Virus record (IMG/VR): IMGVR_UViG_3300049004_000093
Coordinates: 1 to 48,519 of that record
Origin: a virus
Taxonomy: Duplodnaviria > Caudoviricetes
Direction: 5' to 3' (one strand)
Length of the DNA: 48,519 bases
This document shows, in pieces, positions 8,565-17,963 of this stretch. Each line of letters begins with the position of its first letter. Positions within the stretch are counted from its first letter, which is position 1. The notes under the pieces were generated by a model. It saw only the letters and a program-made list of their open reading frames with translations, was not told the DNA's origin and searched no databases. Position numbers and translations under genes: made by a program.

Positions 8565-9888
8565 GCCACGCCCCCCGCCCCGCGCCCACGGTCCAGCGCC
8601 CCGTGCCCGAGCCGGCCCGGCGCGACGGCGAGGGGCGGCCCGCGCCGGCATCCCACCTGCCTTGGCCCGGCGTGCCCGCCCAGCCCGAACCGATGCCTTG
8701 GCCCACGGCCACGACGATGGCGCGCTCATGGCCCGAGGCGGGGGAGGCCGAGTCGGCGGCCGGGGCCGAACCGGAAGCTGACCGGGTGGTGACCACCACC
8801 CGGTTGGCCCCGTCCGCCGAGCTGGCCGAGACGGTGGCGGTGCGGGTGGAGAGGCGAAGGCGCACCGCGGCGTCGACGCAGGGGGCGGTGTCGGCCGCGG
8901 TGGTGGTCGAGGCCGTGGTGGCGTGGCCGGCATCGTTCGATGGCGCGGCGTCGGAGGTCGAGCGGGCCCGGACCGACGCCCGGGTGGCGGCGTCGAGCGC
9001 AGGGGCCGAATCGGCGCTCGATCGGCTACCACCGCCCCCGCTTGCCGGCCTGGCCGCGTCGGTGGCGGCCGCGGTGTCGGTCGCGGATCTGGCCGCGCCC
9101 AGCGTCCGGGCCGAGGCGTCGACGGCCGTTGCCGCGTCAGAGGCCGATCGGGCCTCGGCCAGCGAGCGGGAGGCGGCCTCCGAGGCCCCAGCAGCCTCGC
9201 CCGCAGTGCGGGACGCCGCGGTGACCGAATCCCCGCTGTCGACCGCCTGGGCCGCCTCAGCGCCCGTCCTGGTGGCGGCATGGGTCCGGGTGGACGCATC
9301 CCCAGCGGTGGCGGCGTCCGAGCTCGACCGCTGGCCTGCCTTGCTGGCCACCACCCCGTCGGAGGCGGCCGCCGCCTCCGCGCCGCTGCGCGACACCGCA
9401 AAGAGGCGCACGGCGCTCTCCAAGGCCGCGGCGGTGTCGGATGCCGCCCGGGCCCGGGTGGCGGTACGGGTCGGAGAGTCGGTGGCCGGGGCGGTGTCGG
9501 CCGCGGTGCGGGGTTGTGAGCCGGTGCGTGTCGTGGCGTCGGTCGCACCCGCGGTATCCGAACCGGTGCGCGCTCGGGTCCCCAGACGGGTGGCCGCGTC
9601 AGAAGCGGGGGCCGAGTCGGAGGCGCCGCGAGTCGCTGCTGCCGTGCGTGTCGCCCCGTCGGTGGCCGGGGCGGTGTCGGCGACCGAGCGGGGGGCAGCG
9701 ACGGAGCGCGCCGCCGCGTCGGAGACGGCTGCGGCGTCGCTGGCCGACCGGGCGACGGCCGCGGCCCTGGTGGCGGCGTCGGATGCGGCGGCGGCGTCGG
9801 ATGCGGCGGCTGGCCCTCCCGACGCCGGGGCTGCTGGTACGACAAGCAGCCGGGGCCGAGCCGGCGCGCCCCTCCCCAGCCGAGCCAT
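8557..9888 (-). CDS. Ala/Ser/Thr-rich repetitive virion protein
   Basis: Roughly 19-aa repeats of the form R.ASD.A.ASD.ATR; lies inside the structural operon. Confidence 0.6.
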   Translation of the reverse strand: MARLGRGAPARPRLLVVPAAPASGGPAAASDAAAASDAATRAAAVARSASDAAAVSDAAARSVAAPRSVADTAPATDGATRTAAATRGASDSAPASDAATRLGTRARTGSDTAGATDATTRTGSQPRTAADTAPATDSPTRTATRARAASDTAAALESAVRLFAVSRSGAEAAAASDGVVASKAGQRSSSDAATAGDASTRTHAATRTGAEAAQAVDSGDSVTAASRTAGEAAGASEAASRSLAEARSASDAATAVDASARTLGAARSATDTAAATDAARPASGGGGSRSSADSAPALDAATRASVRARSTSDAAPSNDAGHATTASTTTAADTAPCVDAAVRLRLSTRTATVSASSADGANRVVVTTRSASGSAPAADSASPASGHERAIVVAVGQGIGSGWAGTPGQGRWDAGAGRPSPSRRAGSGTGRWTVGAGRGAWRG

Positions 9889-10571
9889 CAGTAGGTGGCC
9901 GAGCGGTTGACGGCCTGGCTCACGCCCCGCAGGCGCACGGCGGCCGCCGGGCGCAGGGCGATGAGCTGGCCCACGTTGAGCCGGGCGCCGGACAGCGTCG
10001 CCGTCCTGGTCCCGGTGGCACCGGCGGCCGGTCTCGCCTCGTCGTTGAGCACCGCGTCGCGCCCGCCGGTGGTCGCCTCCACCCGCTCGGTCATGGTCCC
10101 CGGGGGCGTGCTCGTCACCCCGCCGGTGTTGCCCTGGGCCATGACCACGACGGCGCCGTCGGTGACGGTGGTGATGGTGGGGGCCACGCAGCTGGTCGAG
10201 GAAACGTTGGCCTGGCCCACCGCGGCGGCGTCCTGGGGGGTCACGCTGTCCACGCCCTGGTAGCGCATCACGGCCACGTCGAGCACCGACGTGGGGCTGA
10301 GCGTCACCGTGCGGTTGGAGGAGTCCGTCGACCCGTCGGCCACCCGGATGAAGGTGGCGACCCGGGCGTCGCCGGAGGCCGTACCGTTGGCGGTGTTGAT
10401 CACCAGCGTCCAGCCCGCGATGGACAGCGTGGTGGTGACGCTGCCCCGGGTGTTGACCGTGGCGATGAGCACGTCGCCGGCGACCACGGTGGCCGGCAGG
10501 GTGAAGGCGAAGGTGCCGACCGCGACAGCCGAGCCCGACCCCACCCCGGTGGTGTCGGGGGTTATGGCCAC
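9888..10571 (-). CDS. Putative minor structural protein (beta-rich)
   Basis: T.P..V.AGDVLIA...GWT...YQGVD motif common in actinophage minor virion proteins. Confidence 0.6.
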   Translation of the reverse strand: MAITPDTTGVGSGSAVAVGTFAFTLPATVVAGDVLIATVNTRGSVTTTLSIAGWTLVINTANGTASGDARVATFIRVADGSTDSSNRTVTLSPTSVLDVAVMRYQGVDSVTPQDAAAVGQANVSSTSCVAPTITTVTDGAVVVMAQGNTGGVTSTPPGTMTERVEATTGGRDAVLNDEARPAAGATGTRTATLSGARLNVGQLIALRPAAAVRLRGVSQAVNRSATY

Positions 10572-10575
10572 CGGC

Positions 10576-11046
10576 TCAGGTCTCCCAGGTCAGGTACCCG
10601 GAGACGTTGACCGAGGCCGCGGCCACGATGACCAGGGCCAGGCGGCCCGAGGCGGCGATCCAGTCCTCACGGCCCAGCGGCCACTGGAAGGGCACGCCCG
10701 AGGTGGGCGAGATGCGGGCGTTGAAGAGGATGTCGCCCAAGGTCGGCTCGGTGGTCCATGCCGCCGCGCCCGCCACCACCAGGGTCTGCAGGGCCGCCGG
10801 GCCGCCGGGGTCGCTCTGCACCGGGGTGGGGGTGGTGTTGCCGGTGGGGGTGCCTGCGGTGGTCTGGCGGGCCAGGCGGATGAGGCAGGGGACGGCCGAG
10901 GACGACACGCCGTCGAAGGTGACCATCAGCTCGACGGGCTTGAGCCGCTGGGTGGAGGGGTTGGTGACCTGCACGACCGTCTTACCGGGTACGGCGGTGA
11001 CGTTGCAGGCGACGTCGGTCCACGTGGCCTTGAAGAGGTCGGCCAC
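10576..11046 (-). CDS. Putative virion protein
   Basis: Clean ORF in the late operon. Confidence 0.55.
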   Translation of the reverse strand: MADLFKATWTDVACNVTAVPGKTVVQVTNPSTQRLKPVELMVTFDGVSSSAVPCLIRLARQTTAGTPTGNTTPTPVQSDPGGPAALQTLVVAGAAAWTTEPTLGDILFNARISPTSGVPFQWPLGREDWIAASGRLALVIVAAASVNVSGYLTWET

Positions 11047-11049
11047 CGC

Positions 11050-11298
11050 TCAGCCCAGGACCAGGGAGTGCGAGCCGGCCAGGGCGTGGCCGTCGCGCCC
11101 CAGGGCCTTGCCCTTCCTGCCCACGACGAGCCGGCCCTTGTTGAGGGGCTGGGTCAGGCCCGCGGCCGCGGCGTGGGTGACGCAGAAGCCAACGCGCTGG
11201 GGCGCCAGCTGGTCGGCGCTCAGGCCGGCCTTGGGCTCGACATCGGCGTCGACGAAGGCCACCGCCTCCAGCTCACAGCCGGGCGCGGAGTCGCACAT
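11050..11298 (-). CDS. Hypothetical protein
   Basis: Fills the operon gap; high-GC codon usage. Confidence 0.5.
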   Translation of the reverse strand: MCDSAPGCELEAVAFVDADVEPKAGLSADQLAPQRVGFCVTHAAAAGLTQPLNKGRLVVGRKGKALGRDGHALAGSHSLVLG

Positions 11299-11304
11299 GG
11301 CTGA

Positions 11305-11928
11305 TCACAGGGTCACGGTCTCGGTCACCGTCGTGACGTCGCCCGACGCGTTCACGGTCGATGTGGCGTTCAGCACCGACTCGAAGGTCATGATCCCGCC
11401 CGCCGACGCGTTGAACACGCCGATCTTGGCCAGCACCTTGGACGCACTGCCGGTGTAGGTGAACGCCTTGGTCAGGGTGTAGGAGGCGGCCGAGGTGGTG
11501 TGCGCGTAGGTGGCGTAGGCCCGGCCCAGGCCGTTGGTCGTCTCCTCGGTGCCCAGCGTGGTGTCGGTGGCCGCGGCCGCGGTGGCGTCGGTGGTGATGG
11601 CCATCCACTGGGCCGGGGCCATGCCGGCCAGGATCTGGTATCGGCCGGCCGCCGGCGTCGTCCCGGCCGCCCCGCCCGGGGTGGTGGGGTCGTACCAGCG
11701 GTCGACGGTGACCACCGGCGGGGTGGCGTTGGTGTTGGACACGATCACGCCGAACACGGCCCCGCAGGTGATGAGCTGGCCGTTCCACGCCGAGGTTGAC
11801 CCCGGGGCGGTGGCGTCGTCCAGGGTGATGGTGGTGGCGGTGGGGGCGGTGGTGCCGGTGCCCGTCTTGGAGTTGGTCAGCGCGCCCAGGGCCCGGGCGT
11901 GCCAATCGGTGCCCAGGTTCGTCCTCAC
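11305..11928 (-). CDS. Putative minor structural protein
   Basis: ATDTTLGTE...GLGRA...KIGVFNASAGG.M motif shared with phage fiber-associated proteins. Confidence 0.6.
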   Translation of the reverse strand: MRTNLGTDWHARALGALTNSKTGTGTTAPTATTITLDDATAPGSTSAWNGQLITCGAVFGVIVSNTNATPPVVTVDRWYDPTTPGGAAGTTPAAGRYQILAGMAPAQWMAITTDATAAAATDTTLGTEETTNGLGRAYATYAHTTSAASYTLTKAFTYTGSASKVLAKIGVFNASAGGIMTFESVLNATSTVNASGDVTTVTETVTL

Positions 11929-12302
11929 CGCAGGTCCCCCAGGTCACGGACGTCGCCGGGGGTGCCCTCCATGGCGTCGCCGGCCGCGGTGCTGGCCCGG
12001 TCGTTGGCGGCCACCACCTCGGCCACGCCGGCGTCGATGTCGATGGCCGGGCAGCCGAAGCCGCTGGCCAGCACGGCGGCCAGGCCATCGTGGTCGCTCG
12101 CCACCCAGGTGGGCGGTCCGCTGCTGTGGTAGCGCCACAGGTCGCGCACCTCGGCCACCGCGGCGAACAGGTCGTCGTGGGCGATGTCCACCGTGGTCAC
12201 CGCTCCGCCGGGCACGTCCAGGGCGACGAGGGTCAGCTCGTCGGCGGAGGGGTCGACCACGCCCTCGACCGGGGCGGGGTTGCCGAGGTAGACGTGGATC
12301 AC
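11925..12302 (-). CDS. Hypothetical protein
   Basis: Translationally coupled by GTGA overlaps on both sides. Confidence 0.55.
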   Translation of the reverse strand: MIHVYLGNPAPVEGVVDPSADELTLVALDVPGGAVTTVDIAHDDLFAAVAEVRDLWRYHSSGPPTWVASDHDGLAAVLASGFGCPAIDIDAGVAEVVAANDRASTAAGDAMEGTPGDVRDLGDLR

Positions 12303-12637
12303 GGCCTGGGCTTGGGCGCCACGCCCAGCTTCTTGGCCGACGGAGCCGGCGCCGGCTGGGGGGATGGCGCCGGCTCCGTGGCCGTCTTGGGCTCGGGCTC
12401 GGTGGCCGCAGCCACGAGGGCCTCGGCCGCGTCAGCGCGTGCCTCGGCCTGCTTGGCCCGAGCCAGGGCCTCGGCCAGCTCGGCCTTCGCGGCCTCGAGC
12501 TGTGGGTCAGGCGTGCCCACGTGCGACACCAGGCCCAGGCCGACCGTGCGGGCGTCGACCAGGTCGTCGGGCACCGGGTCGCCCCGGTCGTACCACGTCC
12601 CGGACAGCTTGACCCGGGTCTGCGCGACGCCGGGCAC
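12299..12637 (-). CDS. Small capsid-associated protein (GDPVP module plus coiled coil)
   Basis: GTG at 12637 directly after the capsid stop codon. Confidence 0.55.
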   Translation of the reverse strand: MPGVAQTRVKLSGTWYDRGDPVPDDLVDARTVGLGLVSHVGTPDPQLEAAKAELAEALARAKQAEARADAAEALVAAATEPEPKTATEPAPSPQPAPAPSAKKLGVAPKPRP

Positions 12638-12639
12638 GA

Positions 12640-13671
12640 CTACCCGGCGACCGCGCCGGAGAAGAACACGCCCAGCTCGGGGGCCACGACCTTGTAGTCG
12701 TAGGCGGTGTCGAGCTGGTACCAGTCGAGCTTGGCCCGGTCGTCGCGGCCCTGAGTGACCGCGGCGAGCGGGTTGAAGGCATCCGCGCCCAGCAGGCCCC
12801 GCCAGGCGAAGGTGTAGCCACCGGAGGGGGCGTCCTGGGCGGGCATGGGCGCGGCGTAGGTCAGCAGGGCGTCGTTGGCGCCCACGATCCAGCTCCAGGC
12901 GGCCGCGGACTCGGTGGCGGCGATGGTCTCGCGTTCGGGACCGGTGTTGACCGTGCCCTGGGGCACCAGCACCTTGTCCACGCCCAGCAGGGTGGCTAGG
13001 CCGGTGCGGTCGAGCATCCGGGTGTTGTTCACGCCCAGGCGGCCCAGGAGCAGGGGGTGGTTGGCCAGGCGGATGAAGGAGTTGACGCCGAGCACCAGCG
13101 TCCTCGGCCGGTAGGCGCCCCCCACCTTCTGGCCTACGCCGAAGCTCTCGGTCATCAGGAGCGAGATGGGGTCGGAGTTGGCGTTGTCCCACTGGAGGAA
13201 GTGCGTGGCGTCGACGGCGCCGGAGGTGGCCACGCCGGTGAGGTCGCGGCCCCACACGCCGGTCTTGAAGTAGGCCGAGGCCCAGCGCTGATCGCGGTCG
13301 ATGAGGTGCTGCTGCTGGAGCAGGCGCACCTTGACCGCCTCGGGCGAGCCGCTGGGCGGCCCGACGTAGTTGGGGCGCTCGTCCCAGCGGATGACGGCCT
13401 CCAGGGAGCGGACCGTGGTGCTGTAGGCGTCCTCGCTCTCCTGGTAGTCGACCTGGCGGGGGTAGCCGTCGCGGGGGCGGGGGCCGACGTTGTTCTGCAG
13501 GAACATGGCCCGGGGGAAGGTCTTGTACTTGCCCTGGGGCAGGTCGACGCCCACGACGGGGAACACCTTGTCCGCCACGTAGATGTCGGGGTCGGGCAGC
13601 GTCGCCGTGTAGCTCAGGGCCACGCTGGTGAGGAAGTTGTTGGGCGTGCCCAACTGGCGCGGAGTGGGCAT
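12640..13671 (-). CDS. Major capsid protein
   Basis: 343 aa with LTSVALSY...YVADKVFPVV.V; follows the scaffold and decoration genes. Confidence 0.85.
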   Translation of the reverse strand: MPTPRQLGTPNNFLTSVALSYTATLPDPDIYVADKVFPVVGVDLPQGKYKTFPRAMFLQNNVGPRPRDGYPRQVDYQESEDAYSTTVRSLEAVIRWDERPNYVGPPSGSPEAVKVRLLQQQHLIDRDQRWASAYFKTGVWGRDLTGVATSGAVDATHFLQWDNANSDPISLLMTESFGVGQKVGGAYRPRTLVLGVNSFIRLANHPLLLGRLGVNNTRMLDRTGLATLLGVDKVLVPQGTVNTGPERETIAATESAAAWSWIVGANDALLTYAAPMPAQDAPSGGYTFAWRGLLGADAFNPLAAVTQGRDDRAKLDWYQLDTAYDYKVVAPELGVFFSGAVAG

Positions 13672-14049
13672 CTACTTCAGGCCTCCTGGGCGGATCTCGA
13701 CGGGGATGACGACGCCGGTGCCGGAGGCCGCGGCCATGGGGCGGGCCACGATGATCTGGCCGGTGGTGGCGGCCACCAGCCGGCCGGCGGCGTCGGTGGT
13801 CAGCTCGTCGTTGATGGCGATGGCCCCGCCGGCCACGGCCTTGGAGACGTTGCGGACCTTGACGGTGGCCGTCTCCCCGACGGCGGGGTCGTTCTGGAGG
13901 ATGCCGGCGAAGTCGAGGTCTGCCGCCCCGCACAGCACCACGTTCCCCGAGGCGTCGAGCTTGACCGCCCGGTGCATGCCGCTGCCGTCGGCCGAGAAGT
14001 TGGTCGCCGACGGGGCGGCCCGGTAGTCGCCGTCCTGGGCCCAGGACAT
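13672..14049 (-). CDS. Capsid decoration/cement protein (DUF2190-like)
   Basis: GILQNDP..GE.ATV...SKAVAGGAI...LTTDA.GR.V motif. Confidence 0.75.
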   Translation of the reverse strand: MSWAQDGDYRAAPSATNFSADGSGMHRAVKLDASGNVVLCGAADLDFAGILQNDPAVGETATVKVRNVSKAVAGGAIAINDELTTDAAGRLVAATTGQIIVARPMAAASGTGVVIPVEIRPGGLK

Positions 14050-14981
14050 CAGCCCTCACCCCCCTGTGCCGCCCGAGCCAGGTCGGGGTGGGCGTCGTAG
14101 GCCTTGACGATGGCCGTGGGCCGGTCGAGGTTGGGGTCCGCCTTCTGGAGCTCGGTGGCCGCGGCCTCGATCTGGGCCCGGGCCCCGGCCTCGCTGCTCA
14201 CATCGGCCCCGGCCCCGCCGAACTCGGCGAAGTCGGCCGCCCCGCCCCGGGCCATGTGGCCTGCGGCCTTGAGGACCCGGGTCAGCTCGGCGCCGGCCTC
14301 CTTGGACACCTTCTCGTCGATCTCCCGCAGGGCGGTGGCCAGGGCCTCGGCGCCGATGGGCAGGCCTGCGAACTCCGAGCCGCGGGCCTTGGTCAGGTAC
14401 TCGCTCGACACCCGGGCCTCGCGCTCGGTCTCGGCGGTCTTGCGGGCCTCGGTGGCCTCCGTCTCCGCCTTGGCGATGCGCTCCTGGTCGGCGATCAGGC
14501 GCTTGCGCACCGGCTCGGGGAGGGTGGCCATGGCCTTGGCCAGCGCCTCCTCCTCGGTCTCGCCCGCGCCCTTGGCCTTGGCCAGCTCGGCCTCCAGCTC
14601 GGTCGCCCGCTTCTCGGCGGCCTCCCGCTCCGCGCTGGCCTTGGTCAGCGCGTCGGCCACCGCCTTGGCCACCGGGTCGTCGCCGGGGGCCGGCTCGGCG
14701 CCCAGGGCGGCGATGAGGGCGGTGGCCTGGGCCTTGGCCGGCTCCGCCATGGTCCCCAGCGCCTTGGTCAGCGACTCGATCAGCTCTTGCACGGGCTCTC
14801 CTTGCTCGGCCTCCAGGGCCTTGATGACGTCGGCGATCTCCTGGTCGCTCAGGCCCTCCAGCGGGTCGCCGCCGGCGGCCGACTTGATGACCATCCAGCC
14901 CGGGGCCAGGTGGGCGGGGGCGTCGACGCCTGAGGCCTCGTCGATGCGCAGCCCCTTCATTCGCTTGGCCCTCAGCGGCAA
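14049..14981 (-). CDS. Capsid scaffolding protein
   Basis: TTG at 14981 after CAGGGAG. L.IDE.S.VD.PA N-terminus; coiled-coil AKA repeats. Confidence 0.7.
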   Translation of the reverse strand: MPLRAKRMKGLRIDEASGVDAPAHLAPGWMVIKSAAGGDPLEGLSDQEIADVIKALEAEQGEPVQELIESLTKALGTMAEPAKAQATALIAALGAEPAPGDDPVAKAVADALTKASAEREAAEKRATELEAELAKAKGAGETEEEALAKAMATLPEPVRKRLIADQERIAKAETEATEARKTAETEREARVSSEYLTKARGSEFAGLPIGAEALATALREIDEKVSKEAGAELTRVLKAAGHMARGGAADFAEFGGAGADVSSEAGARAQIEAAATELQKADPNLDRPTAIVKAYDAHPDLARAAQGGEG

Positions 14982-14990
14982 CTCGGTCTC

Positions 14991-15068
14991 CCTGAAACGA
15001 CACAAGGGCCACCCCCTCAACCCGCACCGGTGTTGGTCGGGATGAGCGAGTGGCCCTTGGGCTCTCGA
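14991..15068 (-). promoter_or_regulatory. Structured 5' leader RNA, copy 2
   Basis: Homologous to 4232-4303, with the same stem and a different loop. Confidence 0.6.
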
Positions 15069-15076
15069 ACTAGAGC

Positions 15077-15113
15077 ACGGTAGAAGCGCTTGGCGCGCCC
15101 GCGGGGGAGGTGG
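15077..15113 (-). promoter_or_regulatory. Putative late promoter (CCACCTCCC-N22-TACCGT)
   Basis: Repeated motif with fixed spacing, upstream of the scaffold and capsid genes. Confidence 0.65.
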
Positions 15114-15115
15114 GT

Positions 15116-15418
15116 TCAGGTCGTCCGCAACCCGGCGAGCAACTGGTCGATGGGCCCGGTGTCGTAGCGGTGCGCGATGGCGTCGAGGTAGCCCTTGGAC
15201 CAGGCGGCGCGCTCCGACTCGGTGCACGTCGACCACCATGCGGCGTGGTCGTGGGGCACGTGCACCGAGGTCGAGAGGGCGGCGAGCTGGCGTTGGCAGC
15301 GCCCGCAGGGGCCGGCGGGCTCGAGCAGGCCCAGGCGGGCCGCCTGGGCGTAGTGGCTGGCGCACAGGCCCTGGGCCTTGGGCCGCCGGTTGCAGCCCCG
15401 GGCCCGGCAGCCGGTCAC
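15116..15418 (-). CDS. Small Cys/His-rich (zinc-binding) protein
   Basis: C...GC.R...GLC.SHY motif; coupled GTG start. Confidence 0.5.
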   Translation of the reverse strand: MTGCRARGCNRRPKAQGLCASHYAQAARLGLLEPAGPCGRCQRQLAALSTSVHVPHDHAAWWSTCTESERAAWSKGYLDAIAHRYDTGPIDQLLAGLRTT

Positions 15419-15630
15419 GATCCCTCGGCCGCCACCTCGTCGACCTGGCCCACGCCCACCAGCAGGGCCGGCCGCCGGCGCACCCGCCCCTTGTTCGCGT
15501 ACAGGCGCACTTCGACGGGCCGGTCGCCCACCTCGCGCAGCAGGCCCATGACGTCGGCGTCCAGGAGGCTGCGGACCCACCACTGCACGAACTCGGGCAC
15601 GTCCTCGGCTGCCGGGGAGGTCGAGGCCAT
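15415..15630 (-). CDS. Hypothetical protein
   Basis: ATG overlapping the upstream stop codon. Confidence 0.5.
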   Translation of the reverse strand: MASTSPAAEDVPEFVQWWVRSLLDADVMGLLREVGDRPVEVRLYANKGRVRRRPALLVGVGQVDEVAAEGS

Positions 15631-16007
15631 CAACGGCGGCCCAGGGCGACCGGCACCCCGCCGGTGCTGTTGAAGGCGCAGCGCTCGAGGTAGTCGAGGT
15701 CGGTCGGCCTCGGGTCGCGGCCGTACCACGGGTAGCCCGAGCACGCCGGGGGCCTGGTGTCGTAGACGGTGCACCGCCGTGCCACCGGGTCGAAGTCGCG
15801 GCACTCGTAGAAGTGCTTCGAGCCACCGGACGCGAGCGACGGGCTGCGACGCAACGCCTCGGCCCGGCTGATCCGTCGCAGCCGGTAGAGAATCCAGCGC
15901 CGATCGCCGGGGTTGAGCTTTCGCTCCCGCGCCTCCCGCTTGGTCAGGGGCAGGGGCACCGGGTCACAGCAGTCGCCGCAGCCGTTGCAGCTGGGACCGG
16001 CCTGCAC
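15630..16007 (-). CDS. YkgJ-like CxxCxxCC zinc/iron-chelating protein
   Basis: CNGCGDCC ... C.VYDTRPPAC..YP motifs. Confidence 0.75.
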   Translation of the reverse strand: MQAGPSCNGCGDCCDPVPLPLTKREARERKLNPGDRRWILYRLRRISRAEALRRSPSLASGGSKHFYECRDFDPVARRCTVYDTRPPACSGYPWYGRDPRPTDLDYLERCAFNSTGGVPVALGRR

Positions 16008-17963
16008 CTACGCCGCCATCTCCACGAGCACGCGTGTCGCCGCGCCACCCAGCGAGTAGCCCGTCTTGGCCCCCTTGCGGATGTCCTCCCACCCGGCCTG
16101 GGTCCACACCACGCCCAGGAACACCGTCCCGGGGGCGAAGGACTTCTGCACCGTCGAGCCGTCGGCGCTGGTCAGGGGCACGGTGACCTCGTAGGGCCAG
16201 GACACGATCTCCACCCACTCGCCGATGGCCGTCCCGCCCCGGTGCTGGTCGCGGATGGTGCGGTCGCCCTTGCGCACGTGGTCCCACACCGCCGCCTGGA
16301 GGTCATCCGCGGTGGCGAAGTCGCCATGGGCGTCGAGGTGGGCCGCGGAGGGGGACTCGGGCGACGCCGGGTACAGGGGGGCCAGCGTGTAGCGCTTGGC
16401 CTCGTCGGACTTGATGACCGGGCCCTCGACCGCCTTGTAGACGTCGGGCTCGGCCTGGTCGGCCCCACCGGCGGGCTGGCCCAGGGGGAAGCTGACGTGC
16501 TCGTCACCCCAGGCCAGCACGATCGAGCCGAAGCGCAGGGCGCTGGCATCGACGCCGGCGGCCAGGATCTGGGCCGCGGCCCACTCGTCGTCGGGGCCGA
16601 CCATGGCCAGGGTCATGTGGGGGCAGAAGCCGTGGTCGCGGGCCACGTCGACGCCGGCCGCGCCCAGGGCGGCGACCAGGCGCTGGCGGAACTCGGGCAG
16701 GGCCGGGATGTCGATGAGGGCGACCAGGGGCCACTCGCCCTCCCCGGTCCCCGGGGGCAGCGCCGGCGTGAAGCGGCCGACCCCCGACACCGAGCCGTCC
16801 AGGGGCGCCAGGGCGGCGGCCAGGGGGGCGAGGACCGCCTCCACTGCCTCGCGATCGGTGGTGAGCACGGCGTCGGCGCCCAGGAAGGCCAGCGTGATGT
16901 GCAGGTCGGCCGGGTCGTAGCCCCCATCGAGGGCCAGCTGGTCGGCCACGGTGGGGTCGGGGTACAGGGCCACCATGGCCGAGGTGGACATGCCCGGGCC
17001 GTAGAGGGCTTTGTGTGTGGCATGGGCCCCGACCTCGCCGGCCTTGACGTGGTCGGCGGCGTGGAGCTTGTCGAGCTGGGCGCGACCGTCGGGCAGGCCC
17101 TTCGCCGGCACGCCGGGATGGTCGACGACCAGGTGCGTGCGCAGCTGGTCCGCTGTCGCTCCGGGAGAGGCCCCGTCGCCGTTGTGCCAGTCCCCGGAGG
17201 CCCGGGTCCCCTTGCGGATCTCGATCGCAGCGTGCTTCCGGGCCGCGAGTGCGCTGCGCAGCCGCTCCACCAGTCGCTTGCGCATCGGTGAGCGGGCCAG
17301 GCCGGCCTGGCGCAGGAGGTAGCTGGTCCCCGTGTCGGTGGCGGGGACGACCTTGGTCCGCAGGCCGGGGGGAACCGACACGCCGGCGCCGGCGAACACC
17401 AGATCGGCGCCGGCGGCCCAGGCCGGCACCGCGGCCGCGGTGGGGCACCACAGCACCCGCCGGCCCTCGGCCTTGATCTCGTAGCCGAGCCCGCCGTCGA
17501 CGGTGCGGGGGTCGATCGACAGGCCGGCGCCGGCGAAGTGGCCGCCCTCGTCGCCCAGCTTCTCCGATGACAGCCACCCGACGTCGACGTCGACGCCGGG
17601 GTCGGTGCCGTCGAGCTGCACCTGGATGGTCCCGTGGGTGACCAGGAGGCCGGGCCCGTCGATCACCGACAGGCGCAGGGGGGCGAGCTTGGCCAGCCGC
17701 TCGGCCTTGTGCATGGCCCGCTCAGCCGGCGCCTGGCCCGGACGGGCGCCGGTGGCGTCCTTGTGCCGGAGGGCGCAGAACCCCTTGGCGTGTTCGGGCG
17801 ACATGTGCTGGCCGGCGATGCGCACGCACGCCGCGAAGTCGCCCGGGGTCCCCCAGGCGATCTGGCCGCCGGCGCCCTCGTTGTACCAGCGGATCAGGTG
17901 GCGGGCCCGGAACTCACCGGTGGGGTTGGTCTTGTCCGACGCGGACTTGGCGAGGTTGGTCAC
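16008..17963 (-). CDS. Multidomain prohead protease (XkdF-like) fused to a 2H phosphoesterase
   Basis: HITL and HMTL 2H motifs. C-terminal RYTL..Y...DAHGD...RDQH...GEWVE...TGYSLGG of XkdF-like proteases. Confidence 0.75.
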   Translation of the reverse strand: MTNLAKSASDKTNPTGEFRARHLIRWYNEGAGGQIAWGTPGDFAACVRIAGQHMSPEHAKGFCALRHKDATGARPGQAPAERAMHKAERLAKLAPLRLSVIDGPGLLVTHGTIQVQLDGTDPGVDVDVGWLSSEKLGDEGGHFAGAGLSIDPRTVDGGLGYEIKAEGRRVLWCPTAAAVPAWAAGADLVFAGAGVSVPPGLRTKVVPATDTGTSYLLRQAGLARSPMRKRLVERLRSALAARKHAAIEIRKGTRASGDWHNGDGASPGATADQLRTHLVVDHPGVPAKGLPDGRAQLDKLHAADHVKAGEVGAHATHKALYGPGMSTSAMVALYPDPTVADQLALDGGYDPADLHITLAFLGADAVLTTDREAVEAVLAPLAAALAPLDGSVSGVGRFTPALPPGTGEGEWPLVALIDIPALPEFRQRLVAALGAAGVDVARDHGFCPHMTLAMVGPDDEWAAAQILAAGVDASALRFGSIVLAWGDEHVSFPLGQPAGGADQAEPDVYKAVEGPVIKSDEAKRYTLAPLYPASPESPSAAHLDAHGDFATADDLQAAVWDHVRKGDRTIRDQHRGGTAIGEWVEIVSWPYEVTVPLTSADGSTVQKSFAPGTVFLGVVWTQAGWEDIRKGAKTGYSLGGAATRVLVEMAA

